A DNA stretch of 64,000 bases, from contig NC_043002.1 in NCBI RefSeq assembly GCF_006345805.1, positions 102,858,001 to 102,922,000 of the forward strand. Reading direction: 5' to 3'. Each line of letters starts with the position of its first letter. Position 1 is the first letter of the stretch. Positions 51,820 through 64,000 of this stretch are shown piece by piece. Origin of the DNA: Octopus sinensis (Eukaryota). The notes below the pieces were generated by a model. It saw nothing but the letters and a program-made list of their open reading frames with translations. It did no database searches and was not told the origin of the DNA. The translations under genes and the position numbers were made by a program.

Positions 51820-53601
51820 CTAGCAGCATAGCTCGGTGTTGCCCGGTTATGTAAGAGCCCCTAGTAGGCAACGACTGATCCTAATCTAGTCCTTTCACTC
51901 TAGGAAACGAAGGCGCATGTGTAGGTTGCAATGTCTTCTCTTTACTCGAATACTTCTGTGTATACGATCTTCCTAGCTGTCCCTTTGGGCGAAAACATGA
52001 AATCATCATTGCGCCTCCCAACGCGTGAACAGCCCACGTAGAGTTGACCGTGGACGAAGCACTGTTCGCCCAAATGTAACCCAGCGACTTGTAGCGTTTG
52101 GCCTTGGGATTTGTTGATGGACATTGCGAAGCAGAGTTTAACAGGAAACTGAGAACGCCTGAAGTGAATTGGTAGTTCAGCGCCCGACGGTTGAAGGTGC
52201 ATGCGTGGAATGAAGACGTCCTCTCCCTTCCCACAACCGGTAAGTATTGTAGCCGTTATTAAATGTGGTGCCAAATGTTTCACAACCGGACGTGTGCCGT
52301 TGCACTGTTTAAGTGGAACCAAATTCCTGATGAGCATAATGGGCGCACCGACTTTTAACTTCAGGGTGTGTGGCGGCAGGCCCTGCGGTTCAAGTGAATT
52401 CAGGAATTCAACAGGATAATCGGCAGGCTCGGCGGTGTCTGCTGTCCTATCTATAGATTTGTAGATGTGGACATCACCAGGAATAGCTTCAAGTAGCTGG
52501 ATATTGATGAAGTTGTATTTTGGGGTGCGAGAATAGTTCTGCCTGCCAGCCATTTTAGGTCGCGTAAATTGTTTTGTAGGTCGTGGAAGACAGCATTCCG
52601 GATGCTAGCAGGGGTGTCAACAGTGGTGCAAAGTGAGTCCAATTGAACGCAGCCGTCCGCATCAGCCGGCATCCTATTTTCACCGAGCGATAAAAGGTCC
52701 CTGGAGAATGCAGCTGTCACCAATAACTGCGCGCGAATGTTAGTTTGGAGGTGCAAGGGCCGCACATGTGCCCAAAGAACTGACGACTTAAGGCACACGC
52801 GCACGGCATCGGCACGGGTTCCTTTTGGAATAACAGGTAGAGTCTGCCTGAAGTCTCCTAAAAGAAGTAAAATCAATCCTCCCATGGGGGGCGTAGAGTC
52901 TCTGATGTCTTTGAGGGACCTGTCCAGTGCCTCAAGGGCGCCTTTGTGTGCCATAGTGCACTCGTCCCATACGATGAGTTTGCATCTGCGCAGAATGTCG
53001 GCCTGTTCTGAGTTCTTGGCGATGTTGCAGATAGGTGACTCGGACTTTGCCAGATCGAGCGGGAGTCTGAAGGCAGAGTGGGCGGTTCTGTCACCCGGAA
53101 GCAACGTGGCCGCGATACCAGAGGAAGCTACAGCCAGGACAATGTCCGTGTTGCGTCCGACCTCCGCGAGAATTAGTTTCGTGGCGAAGGTTTTGCCAGT
53201 GCCGCCAGGTGCGTCAAGGAAGTAAATCCCCCCATGTTGCTGTCTGACAGAGTCTACGATGGTGTTGTAGGAAATGCGCTGGTCTAGAAGCATTCGTGGC
53301 TCATTATCTTGGACGTACTGGTGCAGTTCCTCAATGCAGTAGGAAGTTTCGCGTAACAATCCAGCAGACATAACATTGGCGTGTTCACGTGTGGGTGGTG
53401 GAAGGCCGTAGTCCGTTAAAGCAGAGCCACCCATATCGATGACAGCGTCTTCAAGTTGAATAAGCGCAAAATTGTAATTGAAGTTGGTGAACGTGATCTC
53501 GACAGAAGGGCAGTGTTGCTGAGCCGTACGTAAGACGTCCTGCGACATGTCATCCCTGTATTTCATCCAGAGACTTAGTGGGTCACTAAGCTGACATTTT
53601 T
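51820..53601 (-). mobile_element. Helitron 3' part: Pif1-like SF1 helicase (one frameshift) and intact 3' terminus
   Basis: ORFs 52451..53566 and 51942..52553 contain DAPGGTGKTF, ASSGIAATLL..RTAHSAFRLP, IVWDECTM, GDFRQTLPV, QFPVKLCFAMSINKSQGQTL and HGQLYVGCSRV. The 3' end is CCGGGCAACACCGAG-CTATGCTG-CTAG|T at 51820. Confidence 0.93.
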
Positions 53602-53708
53602 GAAAGGCAAAGTCAACTTCGGTGGAATTTGAATTTAGAACGTAGCGGCAGACGAAATACCGCTGAGCATGCGCCCGACGTGCTAACGTTTCTGCCAGCT
53701 CGCTGCCT
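53602..53708 (-). mobile_element. tRNA-derived SINE head, 3'-truncated
   Basis: Reads ggcagcgagcTGGCAGAAACGttagc...aaaTTCAAATTCCaccgaagttgactttgcctttc, with A-box-like and B-box-like motifs. Homologous to 16010-16175. Confidence 0.65.
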
Positions 53709-53919
53709 TATATATGACAAAATATTGATTCGCTGATTTGAGTAGTAATTTCAGAGTTAAGAGTGACAAATTTGTTGTGTTCACCAGCAAGAATGTTTCC
53801 CAGATATTCTTGTGCATGAGTGAAATTTTGACAAGAGATATTTTTATTTGATGGATTAGCGTTTCTGCGTGAGCCGCTAAGATGCGAGAACAGTTGGTGT
53901 CATCTATATACATCGCCTA

Positions 53920-53950
<31 letters not shown>

Positions 53951-56078
53951 GTGTGTACGAGCAGAATTTCAATTTACTAAATGTATGTTGCAGCCTGCAT
54001 AACGTAACATTTCAAATGAATCATTTAGCTTTCCTACATAGATATTCATAGACACTATTACGTAAGACCATAAATCAGATGCATCATAAAGTACAAGATA
54101 ATTGTAAATATACTCTGTAAGACCTCGCGGAAGCATCGAGCAAAGAAACTGGCTGGTCATATCATCATTAGTAGAGTAAAAAGAGACGGTACTTTGATGG
54201 TGGATTTCATGCAACACGCACATTCAGATCAAGGATTCGGACCAAGCATCATTCCATGTGCAGTACTCTACTTGAGTAACACTTGATTCGTTGAATGTAT
54301 CTCCCGTTTCATATACTTGTCTGGGTGGTGTACAAACTATATGTGCATTGCCCTTTATCCTATGATTAAGGCATATACAATATGCCAAACAACACAAACC
54401 TTAGAAAGAATAATATTAAATGCCAACACTACGTGGTGCTATAAAATGTTTCACAAGCACTCAAAGCACGATGGCAACATCTGTGTCGATACATCGTCAA
54501 AAACAATGTTGATTAATGAAAATATTGAACAATTCTGAATCCATGTTCTAAATCTCGACCATGTTCAACGCTGAGATATTGGACAAAAACGGCTCCCCAC
54601 GGAATTCATTTACCATTATCTCCATTAGTAAGCACTTAAACTACAACTATTTCTTTTTCTAAAATAACTAAATCTCGACAACGTAGTCTACACCTATACA
54701 AATAGTCACAATTCTAACAGATTCAACACAAGGGTAAATATATTATATCATTTTCTAAATAGAAACTATTGAATCTACTAACAGTTTTAAGTGTTGTATT
54801 TCGAACGCGCAAAGTGTTACAACTTCACCCTTCTTAATTCCGGCAACAAAAGGACCCAGGAAATTCCATATAGTCTCAGTAGCTAAAAGAATAGCGACTA
54901 CATTTTCTAAATTGTTTCTCATCAAATTTTACTTTTTATCTTATAAAGTATTTCTATTCACTTCATAATCTTTAAAAGTAACGATATACTACTATTATCA
55001 TACATAACCAACACGACAAGTAAAATTGACATTCAATATGGCGGATGTGTTGCTATTTGCATAAAAGAGAGAATAAAATAAATTAATGGAATTGATAACC
55101 ATTCCCTCGTGTATAAATTCTTGAACGTTAAAATATACCCTATTGTGCTGTTGATTTCTTTTTTAACCCTCTTTATGAGTATGCTTCACCTCTAATGGCA
55201 TATCACGATGCTTGTTAAAGACTGCATGATGCCATCTTTCTATAACAAGATTAGTTTATGATTAGTACTTCGATGTTTTCTCCCATGTGGCCACCTATCG
55301 AGAGACCAGTTGGATTTGACATTGCTTAAGTACATTAATATAATGGCTATTTAATATTTAGAGAATATAAATGGCAGTCTGGAAATAGTAAATGTGTGAC
55401 AGAATGAAAGCATATAAGAAAGTTTGAAAGAAAAACAGATAGAGACGAGAATGTAAATATGTAAGATTGAAAGAAGAAAAGAAGAAAAGTAGAAAAAAAT
55501 TACGAAACTGAAATAATATAATATCGATGATACGGCAAGTAAGAAATGCAGGGGTTAAAATAAAAGAATATCATGGTAAAGATGGGATGGAATAATGGAT
55601 AAGGAAAAAGAAGATACAGGAGGAACGGGATGTAAACAATTATAAACAAACGAAGGGGGTGCAATGAAATTATTTCTGAAATAACAATGTGTAATCTGAG
55701 AGAAGACAAAATGGTGAAGTTGTGTTGCTATATATTTAGTTTGTTGTATTCATTTTTTAGAAGAACAAAAAAACATTTACATGGCTGTAGAGTATAAATA
55801 AAAATACAATATAACATGAAGAAATGCTGCAATAAGGTACATCTAAAAATGTTGTCATAGGAACGAATATTTTCCGTGAAATGTCCACAATAATTATTGT
55901 ATATGGAAACGTTGAGTAATCTCCAGAGGTTGATCGTGTAAAGCTAAGAAGATATTTGGAACCAAAATGGATAAAATGCAATGAAATAATGACTTAAAAC
56001 GTCGAGGTTGTGCGTATATCAAAGATAAACGAAAGACAGCTACACACACACCTACAAATGAATGCATATACACCCATC

Positions 56079-56113
<35 letters not shown>

Positions 56114-56372
56114 TATATATATATATATTTATGTGTATATATAATTTTGTGCGTGAGTGTGTGTGTATATATGTATACGTTTATAAATGTGTGTCTGTAT
56201 ATGTATGCATGTATATATGCCTGTAAATGCATATACATATACGAACATATATATGTCACTATCAACCTTTCTTTCGCTGTATCTCTGTATCTCTCTCTCT
56301 CTCTCTCTCTGTCTCTTTCTATGTATATATTTATATATAAATACACCTATATGCTTATTTACATGTATATAA

Positions 56373-56453
<81 letters not shown>

Positions 56454-57346
56454 CTTTGTATGTGTGTATACATACATATATTTTACATATACATGTGTGC
56501 TTCTGTGTGCGTGTGTGTATGTGTGTGTGTGTGTATGTGTGTGTGTGTGTGTGTGTGTATCTGAGGATACGTGTGTTGCCAGAGAATGAATATAATGAGC
56601 TTGTGAAACTATGAACAAGTGGAGAATCAGAGAATTGGAGAGGTTTTACAACTGGCAGTCAGGATAACATACAAAATCCTTCGAAAAGAAAAAAAAAATT
56701 CGATAAAGATAAATCTAATGTTGTTATGTGCATTGTATTTAGAAGAAAAAATACGTGAGGGGTAATGTGTACATAACAGCAATATAATGTAGAGGTGAAA
56801 GTAGAGGAAATATCAGAACAAATATAACACAACAAATCTAAAATGGAATCTCGGAGAATGGCGAGGTTGTTAAGAAAATGGATATATAATGAAAGCACAG
56901 ATATATAATCAGTTACACAAGCAAACATCATGTACACAAGCATGCACATGTGCTCGAATGCAGACGCATACACAAAGGCACTCCTGCTGTTTATTCAAAA
57001 TTATACACAAGAATATATATACACCCATAATTCCATGAAAACTTTTAAGCGGAAACAGAAATATGTAGAAAATCATACCTGTACAACTTCTCCACGTACA
57101 AACACACACAGACACACAGAGGCATGTACAGATTGACAAACGCACACACAGAAACACACAGAGACACACACACATACTCACACACATGCGCACACACATA
57201 CAAACAAAGAAGCCGGATCATATAAATACCCAAGGATGCCTACACAAACTCATGACACACTAAGCCACTAACACATGCGCAAATTATTTAAGACAAACAG
57301 AATGACATCGAGTCACATAGAGAGACAGAGAGACAGACTGAAAAGT

Positions 57347-57380
<34 letters not shown>

Positions 57381-58697
57381 GAATAAAAGATAGGGAGAAT
57401 ATATATACAGTTACTCCTGAAAGCTTCTCACACGAAAATATGCTTACCTGCAATCACGGTAATGCTTCTGACTCTGAAACCGCAGAAATTGGGAACAAAT
57501 GCCTTATTTGTGAATGATTATTTGAAAGAAGGAATGCGCATGACATCCTTCAGAAACTGCGAGAATCAGAACGTTGCTGCACTGCCTAAGCACAATCTGT
57601 TGTTGACGAATTTGTGAACGGCGACTCCAAGTGGATGCTGTGAGAGGAATCTGAGTTCTCTAACGCAGAAAACGACTTGTGCTTAGCGGTGGAGTGAGGC
57701 AAAATAAGACCCCTTTAACATTGGGGAAACGTCCAAATACCAAAGCTAAATTGGTTACATCTAGTTTACAGGAGTGAAAGCATATTTTAAATAGTGGCCT
57801 GAGCACCAATGTGAAGTCGATGACAGCATTCATTCCATGAGTGCGGCACATTCGGTGCTCATATATACTTTTTTGTCAATTCATTCTTGAATTTTTGCCT
57901 TGTATTTTTTCGTCCTACAGGAATAATTCTTTGGTGCCCAACAACCAGTTACTAAACCCTATTTATCAACTCTTCCTGATTATTATGTTTTGTGCTTTCT
58001 TTTTTTCATTGCATATTTCGAAAAGACTTTCACACTGAAATTCTCCCCTTGCTTTATAGAACAATGCATATATGAATTGTTAGTACCTGCGAGTTTTTCT
58101 ATGTGTTTATATAGAGATCCGTCTACGCATTTCTTTCGAGTGATGTGGTATGTTTGTTAAAACCCAGGGGTGTCTCAAAGTAGGTGAATTCATCAACGTT
58201 GAGGGAAAACAGAGATTATGGGAGAATAATTTAACGATGATTCTTGAAACCGAACGATTTTATGTGGCAGAAATAATAAAACTTATGAATTAATGTATAT
58301 TTCAACATACATGAAAGATTTCTTTTGTGGAATAGTCACTTTGACACTGCTGCTAGTTAATATCCAGAATATTTTACGGAAACGTAAAAGGGCAGCGTTT
58401 TATCCTTTATATTAATAGTCTTAATATTAGCGCTATTATTACGTCATTCTAATGAAATAGTACTTTCGGTTGAAAAGACTCGTGCAGTATTTCTCGTTTT
58501 GTATTTCACGTTGAAGCTTTTTTGCTTAAGTTTGCGTTTATTTTAATGTGAAAAGAAAGTTTCAAAAGTTCAGCTCAGTCAGCGATATTTGCTTAGAAAA
58601 TTCTGTTATATATGCAGACATATTCGCATATAATATTACCAAGTGTGGTTCTGATTATGTGGGAATGGTTACTAATCAGAGTAAGATGCGATTATAT

Positions 58698-58765
<68 letters not shown>

Positions 58766-60232
58766 ATATATTTCAGGATATTACAAATACGGAAGCTCTA
58801 CATCAGCTTGACATAAAGTTTTTCTTCTTTTGTTTTTATTCTGAATAAATAATATTATAGCCTCCATCATTGAATGACGAATTTATACAAACCAACAAAA
58901 TATGTAGATATATATTTTCAGATATATTTTGTAGTCATTGCAACCGAGTAACCATGACAATCCTGAAATACTAATATAAAATATTAAACAAACGCGCAAA
59001 ATATATTTTCTTTATGTTTTATTATGTTAAAATGCACTCCTTTATATTCTGTCATATCAACATAAATAACGTAAATCCAAATAGAAAACGAAATTTTTCT
59101 TACCATTCGTAGATATTGCTTCCTACCTTTTATACTGTAGGAATTTGAAAGGGATCTCTTATTTTTGAATTATAGTGGGATATTATGCACCTGTTGCTAA
59201 TATTTAGACATGTTCAGTCCTTTCCACAGGTTGTGTTTTCCATGCCAAGTTCCCATAAACTGCCTTCTCAGGGAAGGTTGTGGAGCTTTTGAATCATATC
59301 CTTATAAGGCATCAACAATTTTCTGGTTTTCGGCTTTTATACTAAAATTATGGGCTTTTACTAAATAGTTGGTGTCTTTTTTGCTGCAGATTTAGCTGAC
59401 CGTTCTCTCTTTTCATCAGTTGACGTGAAACGATTATCTTCAATGGCTGGCTTTATAGTGTCAAGCTCTTTGGAATAAGATATTTCTGTAAGATGTATCA
59501 ATTTATATCTAATATTCATTTTGCAAGTTCATTTTAAGATTTTGTGGAACAAATCTTTCTGGGTTTCACTAAGTTTTTAACCTTTCCATAAAATCGAATT
59601 TTGGAGGGTCACAATGTATATATGCCTCATAGAAATCTTTGTTAAGATCGTATATTCATCGTTTAAAATTATTGTAGTCTGAATTTGATCGAAAGAGACT
59701 TATAAATTTAACCATCACAATTGTGTCGTTCACTGATATTTGTATTAAACTTTTCATAATAGAAAATTATCTTCTTTAAAATATGCGACATACTTTAGTA
59801 AGAATTAACTTTCATTTTGTCGATAGCTTTGATATTCCTTCCGTTCAGGATGTTCTTGATTCTACAATTGTATTTGAGTGTAGATTTTCAGCGGTGTTTG
59901 TCCTTTTCGTGAACTGTTTCAAACATTTCTTGACTAATTTCTTTATACCTACATCCTTACAGAGCTGTGTTTACATAAATATGTTAAGAAAGATGCATAG
60001 AATATAATGACATGCAGCGTTATGCTGAATACTTAAAGCAAATTTCTAGAAATATTCGTATGTAATCTCGCTGCAATACTTTACCTCACCTTTTCCGATA
60101 TTTGTTATGCTTCCTTCGCATCAGAAGAAATGGAAGTCGTCCGAGTATCGGGCTGACTGCCATTATGCATGTATGTATGTATGTATGTATTTATGTATGT
60201 ATGTATGTATGTATGTATGTATGTATGTATGT

Positions 60233-60606
60233 GTGGAGGCGCAATGGCCCAGTAGTTAGGGCAGCGGACTCGCGGTCATAGGATCGCGGTTTCGATTCCC
60301 AGACCGGGCGTTGTGAGTGTTTATTGAGCGAAAACACCTAAGAGCTCCACGAAGCTCCGACAGGGGGTGGTGATCCCTGTTGTACTCTTTCACCACAACT
60401 TTCTCTCACTATTACTTCCTGTTTCTGTTGTACCTGTATTTCAAGGGGCCGGCCTTGTCACTTTCGGTGTCACGCTGAATATCCCCGAGAACTACGGTAA
60501 GAGTGCACGTGTCTGTGGAGTGCTCAGCCATATATACTTTAATTTCACGAGCCGGCTGTTCCGTTGATTCGTATCAACCGGAACCTTCATCGTCGTTACC
60601 TTCCAC
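60233..60606 (+). mobile_element. tRNA-derived SINE, apparently full length, between (ATGT)n tracts
   Basis: tRNA-like head ggaggcgcaaTGGCCCAGTAGTTagg...gGTTTCGATTCCcagacc, with A box 60245-60256 and B box 60289-60299. A ~300-nt body follows. Confidence 0.75.
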
Positions 60607-61479
60607 ATGTATGTATGTATGCATGTATGTATGTATGTATGTATGTATGTATGTATGTATGTATGTATGTATGTATGCATGCATGTATGTATGCATGTAT
60701 GTATGCATGTATGTATGCATGCATGTATGTGTGTATGCATACATTATGAAGGTCCATATGGATGGATAGGTGTAACTGTGTGTATGTATACTTATGTATG
60801 TAGGTGGGTGTATATGTTCGTTTCTATGCATATGTTCGTACGCGTATGCACACACATAAATATACATATATACACGTATAAATATTTTTATTTGTATGTA
60901 TGCATACGTGAATATATATATATAAATTAGATTTTCTCTATGTGTGTCTGTGTGTGTATATGCCTACGTTCCTTGAGGATTCGAAACTTAGTACCTAATT
61001 TTGACTTATGGGATATCAAAAGATTTAGTGTTCTTTCGGTTACTGAGTCAACTTTATTTTCATTTACATATTTACATTAGAAAAATTTAACAATATAAAC
61101 TCTGGATAAGTCAACTTTCGTAAGCAACATTTTCTCTTGTAGCTTAGCTTTCTTCTCCACGACATCCAATCCTGAATTTTATAACATTTAGTACATGTTC
61201 CAAATGTTGACTTTGTCTGCTTTGTTTCATAGGTGACGCATAGTAATCTTTGCTAAATTGGTGATTTTCCAACGCTGGAATATTTATTTTTGAAATATTT
61301 CTTAAAACATGAGAAATTTCATAGCATAACTGTGCTACAGAATGTTCGTTTCGCTTGAACTTTGTGTGTGTACGTTTTGCTGTTTTCAATATTATCAATT
61401 CTATGAGTGTGTAATTGTCTGTGAATGTATGTGTGTGTGTGTGTGTGTGTGTTTCCTCGTTCGTTACATCTATAGTAAA

Positions 61480-63215
61480 CATCTGTGAAGGACATTTTAC
61501 GCCGTTTGAATATGCCCACCTCTAATGAAGTAGCCATCCTTATGGTAGGTGAACCCCATGAAAATCGTCATAATATCATTCGTGCTCGAGATAACAAACT
61601 TAAACGTGTTTCAGAGACTCATCCATCTTACGATTCTCTCCAGTATCCTCTTATTTTGTTGAATGGATAAAATGGGTACCATTTCAATATTCTACTGTTT
61701 GAACCTCCAATATGAGAGCCAATTACAAAGAAAAAGGTGTCGTCAAATGACTCCTGTTCTTACGAACAGATGTTAAGACCAGAACAATCAAATCAGTTAT
61801 ACTTGTATTGTGATCTATTTCAGCAATTCCTGGTTGAAATGCATTCCAAAGCTGCGAGTCATCGTCTCCTCTACATTCGTAACAATTAAAAAAAAAACGT
61901 TAGGGGTTAAAAATTATGTTCACCTCCAAGATGCGCTGAGGACAGGCAGTGATATTCAAAACATGAGGCCACTATTAATTCTCCTATGGTCATTCACAGG
62001 CGCTCCTCGATATATGTATGAACGAACAGAAATTGCTATTATATATGTCAGGTTAAATGAAAACCAGATCTGTTGGTCACTTTCACCTGCAATCCAAAAT
62101 GGGAGTAAATAAAATCTAGCCTCCTTCCATTGTTGCATATTCTGGTATTGCAGGTACCCTCCTCAATGGGGGAAGAACTGCTCATTCCATGTTCAAGCTC
62201 CCTCTAAACATTGCAATGAAAGAATCTCAAATGTGCAACATATCCAAAACATGTGCAATGGCAACAATTCTCCAACAAACTTGTCCCACTGTTTGGCATG
62301 AGTGCACTGTCACACCGTGGAGCTGCAGAAGTACTTGATCGTACCCTCCCAAGACATAAAAAGCAATAGCATGCTCATGGGATGAGTAACAGTTATTCTC
62401 GCAGGAGATTTCCGCCAAGCGTTGCCTGTTGTCAAAAAAAGAAAAAAAACTGATGAGGTCAAAGCATGTTTAAAAAAAAAACGTACCTTTGGAGACGTGA
62501 AGAAACTTCATCTTACAAACAACATCAGAGCACTTCTACAAGATGATCATACAACCTTCTTAAGAATGGTAATAGGATATAAACATTCAACTCAAGACTT
62601 CAGCTACATGAAATTACATGCGGTCGAATGATACTTTCACCTATGGATTTTATGAATAAAGTAAATCCTAATTTACCTGTCAATTGCACTGATGTAAATT
62701 GGCTATGTGAAAGAGCTTCACTAGCTTCCATCTTATGAAATAGTTGATAAACTCAATCATGAAGTTCTTTGAAAGTCTACAGATATACCAGAAATGACTT
62801 TCCGTTCAATTGATAACAATCAATCAAGACCAGGTTGTCCAATACCCTGCTGAATTTCTGAACACACTTAAAACCCATTAGGATTCCACCGCATTACTTG
62901 ACACTACAACTGTGCGCTCCCATTATGATGCTTACGAATCTTGACCCACATCACCAACGTAATAGAAATCTTTTAATTGTTACCTCCATGAAGCTCTAGG
63001 TCGTGCAAGCAATAAGCATAACAAGTAGTCACAAAGGAGAAAAACGACTTTATTCCAAAAATTCCACGCATGCCTACAGATGTTCCATTTGAATTCAACA
63101 CGCTTAAGCTTCCAGTCAAATTCAGTTTTGCTATTTCCTTTTAGCAAATCTCAGGGCCAATCCCTCAAGGTAGCTGGATTTGCTGTCTTTAGTACAAGCT
63201 TTTCCCATGGTCAAG
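61480..63215 (+). mobile_element. Highly degenerate Helitron Rep-helicase relic, internally deleted
   Basis: Rep region: HPSYDSLQYPL, DLFQQFLVEM, SFTGAPRYMYER, PDLLVTFTCNPKW. Helicase region: AYSGIAGTLLNGGRTAHSMFKLP, ILAGDFRQALPVV, KLPVKFSFAISFSKSQGQSLKVAG, FSHGQ. Confidence 0.85.
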
Positions 63216-63362
63216 CACATGTGCACTCACATGCCTATGTGCTCGCACCCTGGTATGCACGATTACATGTAAGCGAAAATACATATGTACATATGAATAA
63301 ATACGCCTGTTTGTGTATGCTTGTATTTGTGTATATGTTAGTATGCGTGCGTGTGTATGTGT

Positions 63363-63480
63363 ATACTAGGTTTACAAAGAGTAAGTCCTGAGGTCGATTT
63401 TTTCGACTGATAGTGGTTTTCCAGCATGGCCGCAGTGAAATAGCTGCTACAAGTAAAAATAAAAGAAAAATAATAAAAGA
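63363..63480 (+). mobile_element. SINE 3' terminal fragment
   Basis: tactaggtttacaaagagtaagtcctgaggtcgatt...ccagcatggccgcagt...aagtaaaaataaaag is similar to the ends of the 32 kb and 46.9 kb copies. Confidence 0.5.
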
Positions 63481-64000
63481 ATATATGAATGTATAAATGA
63501 ATGTGTGTATACATAGATACACGGAATCTCCTCGCTGTAACCTTTCGATTTGTTCTACATACAATCGTTCCCACTCACCAGATTGACATCTACGCTGAAA
63601 TATTCCTGGTGTCTGGAAAAAATTCGGAAATAAAAGAAAATATTATTTAGCATTATTTTAATCATATATAAAGATTCTATTTTAAGCATTGGCGTGGTTT
63701 ATTTCCTTGTCATATTTCCTTCGCTATCGACTATACTTGGCTTCCTCATTCACAGACTTTAGAAGTCTTATATTTTGCACACAGTACTCTCTAATGTCAT
63801 GACAATCCATATTTATCAGCAACGAGAGAAGCCGAAGAAAAGCAGATAAACGACCAGTGTCCATCAGCGACTATAAAAGCGGCGACTGAGTCGGTTAACA
63901 TAGCTCTTCAGCCAGCCGATAAACTGACACACCTACCAATCCAGAGGGACATCGGAGGAAGAAGTGTTTCATGATAAACTTGTACCTGGCAATCGGCAGG

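Noticed and set aside
57540-57860. Possible Tc1-like transposase relic on the minus strand
   Set aside because: Only a vague resemblance; no intact DDE motif or termini could be identified.

Overview
Eukaryotic, AT-rich window dense in microsatellites and transposable elements. I found no intact host gene, no tRNA/rRNA gene and no CRISPR array, so it is probably intergenic or deep-intronic. The SINE families and the (TA)n/(GATA)n/(TG)n load resemble a cephalopod (Octopus-like) genome; this is my recollection and is unverified. All recognisable coding sequence is disrupted TE sequence: a Tx1/L1-type LINE (ORF1 + APE-RT, 1-5195, minus), a second ORF1 homologue, two Penelope-like element (PLE) relics (one Neptune-like RT + GIY-YIG), CR1, RTE and three R4/Dong LINE fragments, one maT-like and three mariner relics, two Helitron Rep/helicase relics, two non-autonomous Helitrons and several tRNA-derived SINEs. 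There are also two near-identical kb-scale tandem duplications. The standout is non-coding and invisible in the ORF track. At 17090-18802 a ~475-bp highly structured unit occurs as ~2.4 tandem copies plus an inverted copy. Three copies carry a type I hammerhead ribozyme: CUGAUGA core, GAAA, GUA cleavage triplet, palindromic helix III and an unusually long helix II. This is the architecture of a PLE-dependent retrozyme or a PLE pseudo-LTR array, predicted to yield a ~475-nt self-cleaved and possibly circular RNA. Helices were paired by eye; coordinates of degenerate relics are approximate.
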